Shown piece by piece: positions 1-9,864 of a stretch of 32,000 bases of DNA; the stretch's first letter is position 1; the number at the start of each line of letters is the position of its first letter. The position numbers and the translations under genes were made by a program. This stretch comes from Acaryochloris thomasi RCC1774 (GTDB lineage Bacteria; Cyanobacteriota; Cyanobacteriia; Thermosynechococcales; Thermosynechococcaceae). The stretch spans positions 120,001-152,000 of the forward strand of contig NZ_PQWO01000003.1 of the NCBI RefSeq assembly GCF_003231495.1. Direction: 5' to 3'. Under the pieces are notes generated by a model that had not been told where the DNA came from, did no database searches, and worked only from the letters and a program-made list of their open reading frames with translations.

Positions 1-111
1 TAAATCTAGCTCACGCTGCGCTAACTGGACCTCTAACTCAAGTAATTCTGCCTGCTTTCTTTGGAGTTCTATCTCTTTAGGGGAAAGGTTTCGAACCAGT
101 TGACCGCTCAT
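1..111 (-). CDS. hypothetical protein, 5' end only (first 37 codons; continues past window start)
   Basis: Reverse-strand ATG at 111-109 opens a frame that stays open to position 1: MSGQLVRNLSPKEIELQRKQAELLELEVQLAQRELDL, with coiled-coil-like composition. Absent from the ORF track because no stop lies in the window. No family recognised. Confidence 0.3.
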   Translation of the reverse strand, partial: MSGQLVRNLSPKEIELQRKQAELLELEVQLAQRELDL

Positions 112-138
112 GCACACATGCTCTCACTTCAAAGGCAA

Positions 139-155
139 ATCCTCCATCGGAGGAT
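139..155 (-). terminator. short stem-loop downstream of lnt (weak terminator candidate)
   Basis: ATCCTCC-atc-GGAGGAT 7-bp inverted repeat about 55 nt past the lnt stop. On the reverse strand it is followed by TTGCCTTTG, which is only weakly U-rich, and the 3-nt loop is tight. Confidence 0.25.
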
Positions 156-209
156 AAGTCCTGAGTCACTTCGCCGCTGTTAATGACTGTTTCTTCATTT
201 AAAGCCACC

Positions 210-1724
210 TCATATTTTATTCTGATTGGTAGAGGTCAACAAGGCCAAACTGCTAAGCCCCCCTAACAATAGAAGCAATCCATTGCCCCAGCGCACGTAG
301 GGAGTTTGAGTCTGACGACGATAGATCTGATGCAAATGTGTCGCAGAAGTTAGGCGTTCAGAGATCCAGAGAGTATGGCCGTGGGGATCCACAACCCCAG
401 AATATCCCGTGTTGGTCGCTCGGACGGCCCAGCGATCGCTCTCAATGGCTCGCATAATGTCGTGGGCATGGTGCTGCAGCATCATCCGGTGGCTGTAGGG
501 ATCGTTATTGGAAGCCGTCAAGATAAATTCTCCACCGTGGGCAACCTGAAGACGAAACAGTTCGGGAAAAACTGAGTCAAAACAGATGCCCACCACTGCC
601 CGGCCCAGGGGGGTATCAAAAGCTTGTCCGGCCTCACCCGGCAGCATGGCTGACTGTAGGGGCGAGAGACGCCCCATCAGCTGACTCAGCGCGGGTGGAA
701 TATATTCCCCCAAGGGCACCAGCTTTACTTTGTTGTACTGGCTTTGAACGTTGCCAGTGGGTGTAAGGGCAAGAAGACTTTGGGTAATAACGGTTTTGGC
801 TGAATTTTGAGGCATAAAGGTGCCAATCCAGGCGGGAATCTGTTGCGATCGCACCTCTTCCAACAGCACCCGATGCCTGTAATCTCCCCACTGAAACGGA
901 AACGCACCCTCCGGCATCAGCACCGCATCAGCACCTTGGCGAGCGAGTGCTTTATACCCTGAAACGTAGGCAGCAATTCCTCTGGCAATCCCAGCGTCAG
1001 AGAGCTTCACGCGAGTCGGGATATTCCCTTGAACCAAGCCCACCTTAATTGCCGCAGCCGGATTCTCTGCGAGCGGTTGACGGTAGAGACTGTAGCCGAC
1101 TAAATGAAGGCCCAACGTCAAGGCACAGGCAATTCCTAAATAGCGCCAGCGATACGTTACGGAGCTAAAACCAGCAGCGATCAAACCGTTCACGGCTATC
1201 AAAGCTGCTGTAATCGCGGTGGTTCCTCCCAACTGACCTAAGTGGAGAATCAGGAGATTAGTCGGGCTCTGGGTGTAAGCGAGGGTTGTCCACCAGAGAG
1301 GAGACTGGGTCCACAACCACTCAAGGGCACACCAGAGGGTTGAGCCGACCAGCAGCCGCGCGGCTAAGCTATAGCGAGGGAACATCCAGGCCATGACCCC
1401 GGACCAGACCATGAGGATAGGTAATCCCCACAGGGTTATGAGCAGCCAGCATAGGGTTGCGATGAGAATACTCGCTAGCCAGGGAACTCCCATCCAGGTC
1501 AGAGGATGTAATCCGGTAATCCACGACAGTGCTGCGCCATGATAGCCCAACCCCCAGAATGCACCAAGAAGCACCGCAGATCTAACGCTTTTGGTTTGCT
1601 GGATCAGCCACCAGAGGGGTGCTAGGGCAAACCAGGCCACCCACCAGGCATTGACGGGGGCAGGGATAATCCCCATCACTAGACCACTGCCAAGAACCAG
1701 GGCATAGGCCCGAATTCCTTTCAT
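210..1724 (-). CDS. lnt: apolipoprotein N-acyltransferase
   Basis: 504-aa ORF. The N-terminal half is polytopic membrane. The C-terminal half is a carbon-nitrogen hydrolase domain with the Glu/Lys/Cys triad in the contexts LMPEGAF, YNKVKLVPLGEY and VGICFDSVFPE. The start lies 2 nt after the lysS stop (operon). Confidence 0.9.
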   Translation of the reverse strand: MKGIRAYALVLGSGLVMGIIPAPVNAWWVAWFALAPLWWLIQQTKSVRSAVLLGAFWGLGYHGAALSWITGLHPLTWMGVPWLASILIATLCWLLITLWGLPILMVWSGVMAWMFPRYSLAARLLVGSTLWCALEWLWTQSPLWWTTLAYTQSPTNLLILHLGQLGGTTAITAALIAVNGLIAAGFSSVTYRWRYLGIACALTLGLHLVGYSLYRQPLAENPAAAIKVGLVQGNIPTRVKLSDAGIARGIAAYVSGYKALARQGADAVLMPEGAFPFQWGDYRHRVLLEEVRSQQIPAWIGTFMPQNSAKTVITQSLLALTPTGNVQSQYNKVKLVPLGEYIPPALSQLMGRLSPLQSAMLPGEAGQAFDTPLGRAVVGICFDSVFPELFRLQVAHGGEFILTASNNDPYSHRMMLQHHAHDIMRAIESDRWAVRATNTGYSGVVDPHGHTLWISERLTSATHLHQIYRRQTQTPYVRWGNGLLLLLGGLSSLALLTSTNQNKI

Positions 1725-1726
1725 CC

Positions 1727-3238
1727 TTATGATTTAGCGTCCAATTTATCAGGCTTGAGCAGCGGGAAGGCGATTACATCGCGAATGCTGGCGGAATCAG
1801 TCAGCAGCATCACTAGGCGATCGATGCCGATGCCTAAGCCCCCCGTGGGCGGCATCCCATATTCTAGGGCCGTCAAGAAGTCTTCATCGACGCCTTGGGC
1901 CTCTAGATCACCGGCCTCTTTCTTTGCCGCCTGAGCCTCTAGCCGCTCACGCTGGTCGATAGGGTCCGTTAGCTCTGAGAAGCTGTTGGCCGTCTCTCGA
2001 CCAACAATAAACAGTTCAAAGCGTTCCACAAGACCCGGTTGCAAGCGGTGAGGCTTGGCTAGGGGTGAAATTTCAACCGGATAATCAGTAACAAACGTAG
2101 GCTGAATAAGTGTTTCTTCTACCTTCTGCTCAAAGGCTTCATTAAGAATATGGCCCACGCTCTCACAGTCTTCAAGTCCTGTGATGCCTGCTTTTTGGGC
2201 TGCTGCTTGGGCTTCCTTTAAGTCTCCTATCTGGGCAAAATCTACACCCGTCGCTTCTTTGACGACCTCGTGCATGGTCACCCGCCGCCACGGTGCCGTT
2301 AGGTCAATCGCTTCTCCCTGATAGCTAATTTTGAGACTGCCGATTGCAGACTGCGCCGCTGTCGTAATCAGGGTTTCCGTCAGCGTCATCATATCGCTGT
2401 AGTCAGCGTAGGCTTGATAGATTTCAATGGTGGTAAATTCAGGATTATGCTTGGTCGAAATCCCTTCGTTACGGAAGATGCGACCCATTTCAAACACCTT
2501 CTCAAATCCCCCCACAATCAGCCGCTTTAAATGCAGCTCCGTCGCGATCCGCAGATACAGGTCCATATCCAGCGTGTTGTGATAAGTGACGAAGGGACGA
2601 GCCTCCGCTCCACCCGCCTCTGAATTAAGAACCGGCGTTTCTATTTCAATAAAGCCCTGCTCATCTAAATAGCGACGAAAGGAAGCTGTGATCTGGGCAC
2701 GGCGGCGAAAGGTCTCGCGCACCGTAGGATTGACAATTAAATCAATATATCGCTGTCGGTAGCGCTTCGCAATATCGGTTAATCCATGCCATTTATCCGG
2801 CAGTGGTAAAAGCGATTTGGTGAGGATTTCATACTCGCTGACGTAGACGGAAAGTTCGCCTTTGTCAGTGCGCTTGAGCGTCCCCTTCGCACCGAGGATA
2901 TCCCCCGCATCAGTTAACTGCTTGAGCTGATTAAAGGCTTCTGGATTAACCTCTCCCATTACCGACTGGATCCGCTTCTTCTCTAGGTAAAGCTGAATGG
3001 TGGTGGTTTCGTCCTGGAGGGTGAAGAAAGCCAGCTTGCCAAAGACTCTGCGGGTAAGAATGCGACCTGCGATCGCAACTTCAACCTCTTTCTCTTCACC
3101 ATTGGGCAGATCGCGGAACTGATCCTGCAGCACCTGGGCAGTGTGAGTCGATTCCCAGCGGTAGGCATAGGGATTATGGCCTGCAGCTCTCATTTGAGCC
3201 ACTTTTTCTAGGCGAGCAGCGCGAAGATCGTCGGACAT
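1727..3238 (-). CDS. lysS: lysine--tRNA ligase (class II)
   Basis: 503-aa ORF. It has an N-terminal OB anticodon-binding region ([31 protein letters not shown]), a motif 2 region [15 protein letters not shown] and a motif 3 region [16 protein letters not shown]. Confidence 0.97.
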   Translation of the reverse strand: MSDDLRAARLEKVAQMRAAGHNPYAYRWESTHTAQVLQDQFRDLPNGEEKEVEVAIAGRILTRRVFGKLAFFTLQDETTTIQLYLEKKRIQSVMGEVNPEAFNQLKQLTDAGDILGAKGTLKRTDKGELSVYVSEYEILTKSLLPLPDKWHGLTDIAKRYRQRYIDLIVNPTVRETFRRRAQITASFRRYLDEQGFIEIETPVLNSEAGGAEARPFVTYHNTLDMDLYLRIATELHLKRLIVGGFEKVFEMGRIFRNEGISTKHNPEFTTIEIYQAYADYSDMMTLTETLITTAAQSAIGSLKISYQGEAIDLTAPWRRVTMHEVVKEATGVDFAQIGDLKEAQAAAQKAGITGLEDCESVGHILNEAFEQKVEETLIQPTFVTDYPVEISPLAKPHRLQPGLVERFELFIVGRETANSFSELTDPIDQRERLEAQAAKKEAGDLEAQGVDEDFLTALEYGMPPTGGLGIGIDRLVMLLTDSASIRDVIAFPLLKPDKLDAKS

Positions 3239-3402
3239 GTGTAGTTTTTGGTCGATGGGTAAATTGAAACTAAGTCATTTAGCTCACTAGCTATACTGAC
3301 AGGTATCGACTTCGACAAGCAACAACAGTGATTTTGCTCAAGTCAATAACAGCTTTTGACTCTTTTGGCCCCCATTCGCAATGACTCTGGGGGACCCTTT
3401 CG

Positions 3403-3927
3403 ATGCGAGCCTTGAAATACTATGTTGCCTGCAGTCTGGACGGCTTTATTGCTCAGACAGACGGTTCCTTTGACCGTTTTCCTTGGAACGATGAGGTGAT
3501 TGCCGATTTTATCGAATCTTTTCAGTGGTTTGATACGGTCCTTATGGGGCGCAAAACCTATGAAGTGGGTCTCAAGGAGGGGAAGACCGACCCTTACCCC
3601 ATGCTCAAAAGCTACGTTTTTTCGCGCACGATGGAGAGCAGCCCAGATCCCAAGGTTAAACTGGTCTCAGAACAAGCTGTTGAATTTGTCCGTGCGCTCA
3701 AGCGAGAACAAGGGAAGAATATCTGGCTCTGTGGTGGTGCTCTATTAGCGGCCCAGATGTTTCAGAATCAGTTGATTGACGAATTGATTGTGAAATTAAA
3801 CCCGGTGCTACTGGGATCTGGAATTCCTCTGTTGATGGCGAATGTGCCGCCAGCAATGTTGGATTTGCAGGAGAGTAAGCAGTATGACAACGGAACGTTC
3901 CGTCTGCAGTATTCCATCCAATATTGA
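3403..3927 (+). CDS. dihydrofolate reductase family protein (RibD C-terminal domain type)
   Basis: 174-aa ORF. MRALKYYVACSLDGFIA, LMGRKTYE and WLCGG blocks match the bacterial DHFR-like/RibD_C reductase family. Substrate unknown. Confidence 0.8.
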   Translation: MRALKYYVACSLDGFIAQTDGSFDRFPWNDEVIADFIESFQWFDTVLMGRKTYEVGLKEGKTDPYPMLKSYVFSRTMESSPDPKVKLVSEQAVEFVRALKREQGKNIWLCGGALLAAQMFQNQLIDELIVKLNPVLLGSGIPLLMANVPPAMLDLQESKQYDNGTFRLQYSIQY

Positions 3928-3997
3928 TTAGAGATCTGACCCGATCCCGCTAGCCTGTCACGGGGGGGAATCTGTGTGCTGTTTTGGTTACCATCCG

Positions 3998-4477
3998 TTA
4001 AATGGATAAGCCCAAGTTCAGACCGAGGACGGTGTGTACAATCAACAAAATCAGCGCTGCGCTACCTAAGTAGGCGTGGGATTTACGCAGGGCAGACTTG
4101 TCCCCCCAAAAGTTTGTGAGGGAGAGAGTGGCATTTGTTCCCAGGAGCAAAATGGCACAGGCACCCGTTAAAAAGTGAGGACTGGCCCAGATAGACTCCC
4201 CCTGCATCACCATCGACAAAGTGCCGCCAGTGGAACCTAACACGATGAAGACAAACATCAGGGCGGCCACTTTGGCATGAGCTGCGCGGTTTTCACTGGC
4301 GATCGCAGGGTCGGTCTGCAGTCGGCCCTGCCAACCTTTAACGCCTGCATAGGATCCCATTACAAAAACAACGATACCCATCATCAGCGGGTGCCCCCAA
4401 TGAATAATGGGTGCGGGTAAACCAAAGCCATCGACAAAAGCGGCAATGGGCTGTAGAAACTGCGTCAGTTGATCCAT
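3998..4477 (-). CDS. DUF4079-like integral membrane protein
   Basis: 159-aa ORF with four hydrophobic helices and conserved His contexts (HWGHPLMMG, AAHAKV, SPHF, VHTVLG). The family name is from memory. It starts 15 nt downstream of the DUF389 gene on the same strand. Confidence 0.65.
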   Translation of the reverse strand: MDQLTQFLQPIAAFVDGFGLPAPIIHWGHPLMMGIVVFVMGSYAGVKGWQGRLQTDPAIASENRAAHAKVAALMFVFIVLGSTGGTLSMVMQGESIWASPHFLTGACAILLLGTNATLSLTNFWGDKSALRKSHAYLGSAALILLIVHTVLGLNLGLSI

Positions 4478-4492
4478 GATGCGATGTGTTCT

Positions 4493-6316
4493 CTAGTTTT
4501 TAGGATTGACCTTGGGGGTCTCTGCTTCAGCCACGGAAGGCGTCAGAGTGAATCTGAATCCCACTTGTGGCGACTGACTCGTATTTTGACCCTTGACCAA
4601 GGTAAGACGATCTACAGAAATTTGCCACTGAGCCGTCAGTTCAGCCTTAATGGCTTCAAATCGCTGCTGATGGAGATCTAAAGCATCTTCTAGATCTACA
4701 AATAGCTCTTTCTCGTTTACCTTAGAAACAATGCGCAGACTCAAATTAGGGTAGCGCTCTAAAGTCTGTCCCACTGGCCCCAGCGTTCTTTTTTGCTCAG
4801 CCGTCAAGCTCACTTGATTCGAACCTAGCGTCAGCGGCGCGGGCGCAGAGACTAACCGCTCTAGCTCGACAGTGGCCGTCGGGAAACTGAGCCGCTCACG
4901 AATGGTACCTCTAAGCAGATTCTTGCCATCGGCTTCAATCTCTCGTTCACTGAGATAAATCAGCCTGATCTTCAGAGGTTCAGCAACATTGGTCAAGACT
5001 TCATAGCGCACCAGTGTGGCAGGCGGGGGCAGCGTGAGGGACTGGAGAGCTGCGTCAGTAGTTTGTAAAAACTTTGCCCGCGCTTCAGCAACGGTGAGGG
5101 GGCGAGATTCTGCAGCCGTCTGCTCTGAAACACTATCTTCGAGTAACATTGCGAGCGCCTCGCTAGAGGCCGTTGGAATTTGCACAAGCTGAAGAATTAC
5201 ATTATCAGCGGGGCGATTGAGCCGATCGCTGAGTCGCTGCGTAAAAGTCTGCTGCTCTGCCTCTGAATAAAATTGACGGGTGAAGACCGTCAGCCGCAGC
5301 GTTAGCCTCCCTTGCTGCTCTTGGCTGGAAAGTTGATCGATGTAGGATCGCAGTTCTCCATCAGGTTGCTCGCTGAAATCTTGCCGCCACAAATTGGTGG
5401 CCACCTGACGAATCTGATTTTCACGCTGTTGCACAACGATGCCCTGCTCTAAGCGCCCTAAAGCGCGACTGAGAGGAATCAAAAGCACCAGTAAAGGAAC
5501 CAAAATCACGAAAAGTCGGCTCCGCAGACTGCCGATCACTTCCCAGCGATTTGAAATAGGGAATCGCTCAATCAGAATCTGAACACGTCTGCTTTCGGCA
5601 TCTTGATGGTGCCATTGCCTGACCTGCTCTTTGACTTCAGGCGTATCGATATTAAGAAGCAGAAAGATCAGCATGGCAATGAAGGTAATGGCGCTGAGGT
5701 TCGTCAGCAGTAGTAAACCACCCCCGCCCGCCACGCGCATCCCTTCTGAAAAATCAAGACTCTGAGAGACGCCAATGCCGTAACCAACAACGCAAAGCGG
5801 TGGCATCAAGGCAACTGCGATCGCAACTCCCGGCACCGAAGTCACAACCCCCTTAGGTTCCTTGCAGGTAGCAATCGCTCCTAAGGCTCCAGAGAAGAGG
5901 GCAATCACTAAATCCAAAGCATTCGGATTCGTCCGAGCAGCAATCTCTGGGGTTAACTCTTTAAAGGGCAAGATGCTGATCAGCAAAGTGGCAAATAGAA
6001 TCGCGACCCAGCAGCTCAGATTTAGACTCACAACAGCTCTAATAGCTAGAACCAAGTCTCCAGCAGCAAAAGCTAACCCCGTCGCCAGAATAGTGCCCAT
6101 CAAAGGCGAGATCAGCATTGCTCCAATGATCACCGCGGGGCTGTTAAGAACCAAGCCCAGCGTGGCAATGCCGGCGGAAAAGATCACCTGCAGCCAATAG
6201 CTTGCATCCCGTAAGCTCACCGATCTCAATAAATCAAAGTAAACGGCCAGCTTACGATCTTGATTGATGCCCAGATGAACAGCAAACCAGTTGCGCCAAT
6301 GGGAAAGCGGCTTCAT
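4493..6316 (-). CDS. DUF389/TIGR00341-family membrane protein with long C-terminal hydrophilic extension
   Basis: 607-aa ORF. The first ~285 aa form a Gly-rich polytopic domain (SPLMGTILATGLAFAAGD, GALGAIATCKEP, VPGVAIAVALMPPLCVVGYG) typical of DUF389. About 320 hydrophilic residues follow. Confidence 0.8.
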   Translation of the reverse strand: MKPLSHWRNWFAVHLGINQDRKLAVYFDLLRSVSLRDASYWLQVIFSAGIATLGLVLNSPAVIIGAMLISPLMGTILATGLAFAAGDLVLAIRAVVSLNLSCWVAILFATLLISILPFKELTPEIAARTNPNALDLVIALFSGALGAIATCKEPKGVVTSVPGVAIAVALMPPLCVVGYGIGVSQSLDFSEGMRVAGGGGLLLLTNLSAITFIAMLIFLLLNIDTPEVKEQVRQWHHQDAESRRVQILIERFPISNRWEVIGSLRSRLFVILVPLLVLLIPLSRALGRLEQGIVVQQRENQIRQVATNLWRQDFSEQPDGELRSYIDQLSSQEQQGRLTLRLTVFTRQFYSEAEQQTFTQRLSDRLNRPADNVILQLVQIPTASSEALAMLLEDSVSEQTAAESRPLTVAEARAKFLQTTDAALQSLTLPPPATLVRYEVLTNVAEPLKIRLIYLSEREIEADGKNLLRGTIRERLSFPTATVELERLVSAPAPLTLGSNQVSLTAEQKRTLGPVGQTLERYPNLSLRIVSKVNEKELFVDLEDALDLHQQRFEAIKAELTAQWQISVDRLTLVKGQNTSQSPQVGFRFTLTPSVAEAETPKVNPKN

Positions 6317-6564
6317 AGATCAATCACGTCAACAGTGCACGATCAATCATAGAGAGCTATCTGGACAATCACGAATCAAAAATTACGATCTTAATCTTCA
6401 CCTATCATTTAGGAGCCGCAATTCTTTATAAAGAATGTTTTTACGGCTTTCCTTGAATATATTTCCCAATTTGCAGAAAGAAAAGCCACAATGGTAAACG
6501 TGCATCCTAAGATTTATTCACTTAGCTCAACTTATTTGTAAGCCTACATACTCCCAGATTTGCT

Positions 6565-7632
6565 ATGCATAAGACCTATGATCTGCATGTCGTGGAGACT
6601 CGCCCACTTGTGAGTCCTGCTCTGCTACACCACGAATTGCCAATTTCAGACACGGCAACTCAGCTCGTGGCCAAAACGCGAGACCACATTCGCAACATCC
6701 TTTGCAATGAGGACCAGCGGCTGTTGGTGATTGTGGGTCCCTGCTCTGTACACGACGTAGAGGCAGCAAAAGAATATGGCAAGAAACTGGTCAAGCTCCG
6801 CAGCAAACTAGCGGACAGACTAGAAATTGTGATGCGGGTTTACTTTGAAAAGCCCCGTACCCGCGTCGGCTGGAAAGGCTTAATTAACGATCCACATCTC
6901 GACAACAGTTATGACATCAACAAAGGCCTGCACCTCGCCCGTCAGTTGCTGTTAGATCTAGCCGATATCGGCTTACCCGCTGCAACAGAGCTATTGGACC
7001 CAATCACCCCTCAATATATCGCCGACATTATCTCTTGGACAGCCATTGGCGCTCGCACAACCGAGAGCCAAACGCATCGAGAGATGGCCTCTGGGTTGTC
7101 AATGCCCATTGGCTTTAAGAACAACACCAACGGCAGTTTGCAGGCCGCCACTGACGCTATGATAGCGGCCAGCCAGCCCCATCATTTTCTAGGTATCAAC
7201 GCTGATGGTTTGGGCAGCATTGTCTCGACAACAGGCAACCCCGATGGGCATCTCGTCCTCAGAGGCGGCGTTAGCGGCCCCAACTATTCTGCCGGTCAGG
7301 TCATCGCGGCAGCAAAGAACCTATTCGAGCTAGGGATCAATCCTCGCTTGATGATTGACTGCAGCCACGCCAATGCGAAGAAGCAGCACGAGCGGCAAGT
7401 CGAGGTATTGAATGAGGTTGCACGACAACTGCAGGGCGGCTCTCGTCATATTCTCGGCGTCATGATTGAAAGTCATCTCGTGGCCGGAAATCAGAAAATC
7501 ACAGAAGACTTGAGCCAGCTTGTTTACGGCCAAAGCATCACAGACGCCTGCGTAGATTTTGAGACCACAGAAAAAATGCTGCACATGCTAGCGGATGCCG
7601 TAGAGCCTGCAGATGTAACCGTCTCAGTCTAG
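6565..7632 (+). CDS. aroG: 3-deoxy-7-phosphoheptulonate (DAHP) synthase, class I-alpha
   Basis: 355-aa ORF colinear with E. coli AroG/F/H: LLVIVGPCSVHD, EIVMRVYFEKPRTRVGWKGLINDP, AIGARTTESQTHRE, MIDCSHANA, GVMIESHLVAGNQ. The isozyme and feedback specificity cannot be read from sequence, so the symbol is generic. Confidence 0.93.
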   Translation: MHKTYDLHVVETRPLVSPALLHHELPISDTATQLVAKTRDHIRNILCNEDQRLLVIVGPCSVHDVEAAKEYGKKLVKLRSKLADRLEIVMRVYFEKPRTRVGWKGLINDPHLDNSYDINKGLHLARQLLLDLADIGLPAATELLDPITPQYIADIISWTAIGARTTESQTHREMASGLSMPIGFKNNTNGSLQAATDAMIAASQPHHFLGINADGLGSIVSTTGNPDGHLVLRGGVSGPNYSAGQVIAAAKNLFELGINPRLMIDCSHANAKKQHERQVEVLNEVARQLQGGSRHILGVMIESHLVAGNQKITEDLSQLVYGQSITDACVDFETTEKMLHMLADAVEPADVTVSV

Positions 7633-7664
7633 GCTGCTACGACGCCTCCCGCAGATTAGTAGGA

Positions 7665-8555
7665 GTGAAAGCATTGATTCAAGCTCGGAAGCCCCAACGC
7701 TCGACTCGAAGAGCACTGAGAGTCGTCTACACGCCAGAGAGTCAACTGAGACATCCTATTCAACTGCTGCAGGCAATGTGGCGAGACTTGTTGGCATCGC
7801 GAGAGCTTGCCTGGCAGCTGATGGTGCGGAACATTCGCGCTCAGTACCGTCAGTCGGTTTTGGGGATCGTTTGGGCGATCATCCCCGCCATTGTGACCGC
7901 AGCAATATTTACGTTTGCGAAAAGTCGTGGAATTGTTAACATTGGCACAACAGATCTGCCCTATCCAGCCTATGTTGTTTTCAGCACAACGCTATGGCTA
8001 ACATTTACAGAGTCACTGAATGGTCCTATGCAGGTAGTGACGCAGGCAAAGCAAATGTTGACTAGAATCCACTTCCCGCGTGAAGCCCTGATCCTGAGCA
8101 AGCTAGGAGAAGTTTTCTTCAATTTTGGCATCAAGATATTTCTGATCGTGGGCTTGTTTATCTGGTTCCAGATGCCGGTGACCTGGAACGTGCTTATAGC
8201 CCCAGTGGCGCTGATTCATTTAATTTTACTGGGGACCGCAATTGGCATGTTCCTAGCCCCACTGGGTGCGCTGTATCAAGATTTCTCCAAGGGTATCACC
8301 GTTCTCACGAGCCTATGGCTGTTGCTGACACCGGTTGTATACCCTGTCCCTCAAGGAGACATTCTTGAAACCGTTGTGAAGCTCAATCCCGTGACACCGC
8401 TTCTGGTCACCACGAGAGAATTGGCGACTACCGGCGTTGTCTCCGAGCCACAGAGATTTTGGATCGTTAGCGCGGCAACGTTAATCGGCTTGCTGCTGTC
8501 CTGGCTGTTTTATCGGTTGGCGATGCCGTTTGCTGTAGAAAGAATGAGTTCCTGA
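7665..8555 (+). CDS. wzm: polysaccharide ABC exporter permease (ABC-2 / Wzm type)
   Basis: 296-aa ORF with six hydrophobic segments and the ABC-2 N-terminal block RNIRAQYRQSVLGIVWAIIPA. Its stop overlaps the ATG of the ATPase gene (TGATG at 8553-8557). The GTG start is tentative. Confidence 0.85.
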   Translation: MKALIQARKPQRSTRRALRVVYTPESQLRHPIQLLQAMWRDLLASRELAWQLMVRNIRAQYRQSVLGIVWAIIPAIVTAAIFTFAKSRGIVNIGTTDLPYPAYVVFSTTLWLTFTESLNGPMQVVTQAKQMLTRIHFPREALILSKLGEVFFNFGIKIFLIVGLFIWFQMPVTWNVLIAPVALIHLILLGTAIGMFLAPLGALYQDFSKGITVLTSLWLLLTPVVYPVPQGDILETVVKLNPVTPLLVTTRELATTGVVSEPQRFWIVSAATLIGLLLSWLFYRLAMPFAVERMSS

Positions 8556-9847
8556 TGACAACAGATCTTCGAGCAGGAAGCGTCGTCGAGTCTCGAAAAG
8601 AGGAAGTTATTATCCGGGCACAGAATATCTCCAAGAAATTTTGTCGTGACCTGAAGCGATCGCTATTTTATGGCATGCAGGACATTGCCAGTGAGATAAC
8701 TGGGCTAAGGGGAGAGCGAGATGAGTTACGGTCTAAAGAATTCTGGGCTTTAAAGGACGTCAGCTTTGAACTTAAGAGGGGAGAAGCCCTAGGCCTAGTC
8801 GGCAAAAACGGCAGCGGTAAGTCCACGCTGCTGCGAATTATTGCTGGCCTGATCAAGCCAGATACAGGCACGATTGAAGTCAACGGCTGTGTTGCACCTC
8901 TGATCGCCTTGGGTGCTGGGTTTAATCCGATCCTGACAGGACGAGAAAACATTTATGCCAATATGTCAGTTCTAGGGCTGTCTCGAACAGAAATTGACGA
9001 CCGCTTTGATGAGGTCGTCGAATTTGCCGAAATTGGAGACGCTATCGATGCGCCTGTACAAAGCTACAGTTCTGGAATGGCGGCAAGATTAGGATTTGCG
9101 AGTGCTATTCACACAGAACCAGACATTATTCTAATTGACGAGGTACTGGCGGTCGGAGACGTCAAGTTCAAGACCAAATGCTACGGAAAGCTACAGCAGC
9201 TGCGAGAGAACCAGACTTCTTTCATTATGGTTAGCCACAGCTCTCACTCGATTGCGACCGTGTGTGAATCAGCACTTTACCTTAGAGCAGGGAAAAAGGT
9301 GACTGGAGGCGATACGCTTTCGGTCCTCAACACGTACGAGGACGACCTCTTCCTAGGCAAGGTGGAAAATACTTTAGGCTTCATGCAGCTCATAGAGAAA
9401 GATGCGGCAGAGAGTATGGGACTAGATATCACCTCACTTTTTTTCAGAGATCAGGACGGCAATGTCATCAACTCTCCTATTAGTGGAGAGTTGTGCTATC
9501 TGGCGATCGAATGCCTAGTGAGAAAACCGTTAGAGCAGGTGAGCGTCAATTTGGGCATTAGAGAATTGTCTGGAGAAAGCCGGTTACTGGTCTATATCAA
9601 TAGCTGGGATGACGATTTTTATCTCGATATGGCCGCAGGGAAGCACGAGATTCGAGTCAAGATTCCGTGCTTTGGCTTGGGTCTCGGGCTATACGATCTG
9701 CGGATTGCTATTCGCCAAGACAAGCTTTCTTTGCTTGACAAAGTTGAATCATTCAAATTCGCGGCCAAAAAAGCTCTCAGCCAAAGTTCTGTTAGTCTTT
9801 TTTACCAGCCTCACTCCTGGCAAGTGATTAGTCAGCAAAGTCAGTAA
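8555..9847 (+). CDS. wzt: polysaccharide ABC exporter ATP-binding protein (Wzt type) with C-terminal extension
   Basis: 430-aa ORF. Walker A GKNGSGKST, signature YSSGMAARLGFA, Walker B IILIDEVLAVGD, H-loop SHS. A ~170-aa extension follows the NBD, as in Wzt/RfbB proteins whose C-terminal beta-sandwich binds the glycan terminus. Confidence 0.9.
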   Translation: MTTDLRAGSVVESRKEEVIIRAQNISKKFCRDLKRSLFYGMQDIASEITGLRGERDELRSKEFWALKDVSFELKRGEALGLVGKNGSGKSTLLRIIAGLIKPDTGTIEVNGCVAPLIALGAGFNPILTGRENIYANMSVLGLSRTEIDDRFDEVVEFAEIGDAIDAPVQSYSSGMAARLGFASAIHTEPDIILIDEVLAVGDVKFKTKCYGKLQQLRENQTSFIMVSHSSHSIATVCESALYLRAGKKVTGGDTLSVLNTYEDDLFLGKVENTLGFMQLIEKDAAESMGLDITSLFFRDQDGNVINSPISGELCYLAIECLVRKPLEQVSVNLGIRELSGESRLLVYINSWDDDFYLDMAAGKHEIRVKIPCFGLGLGLYDLRIAIRQDKLSLLDKVESFKFAAKKALSQSSVSLFYQPHSWQVISQQSQ

Positions 9848-9864
9848 TATCATCAAGAGATGGC

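Noticed and set aside
3928-3997. Possible bidirectional terminator between the convergent DHFR-like and DUF4079 genes (CCCG-n11-CGGG followed by a distal T-run)
   Set aside because: The stem is only 4-5 bp with an 11-nt loop and no adjacent U-tract. It is too weak to call.
5862-6200. 112-aa + strand ORF inside the DUF389 gene. Similar internal or antisense frames occur at 375-575, 634-907, 2983-3168, 8668-8952, 9828-10043, 11002-11361, 12055-12366, 16105-16344, 19193-19411, 21143-21600 and 26328-26543
   Set aside because: All are nested in, or antisense to, longer ORFs with clear family signatures. None has a motif, a plausible RBS or independent support.
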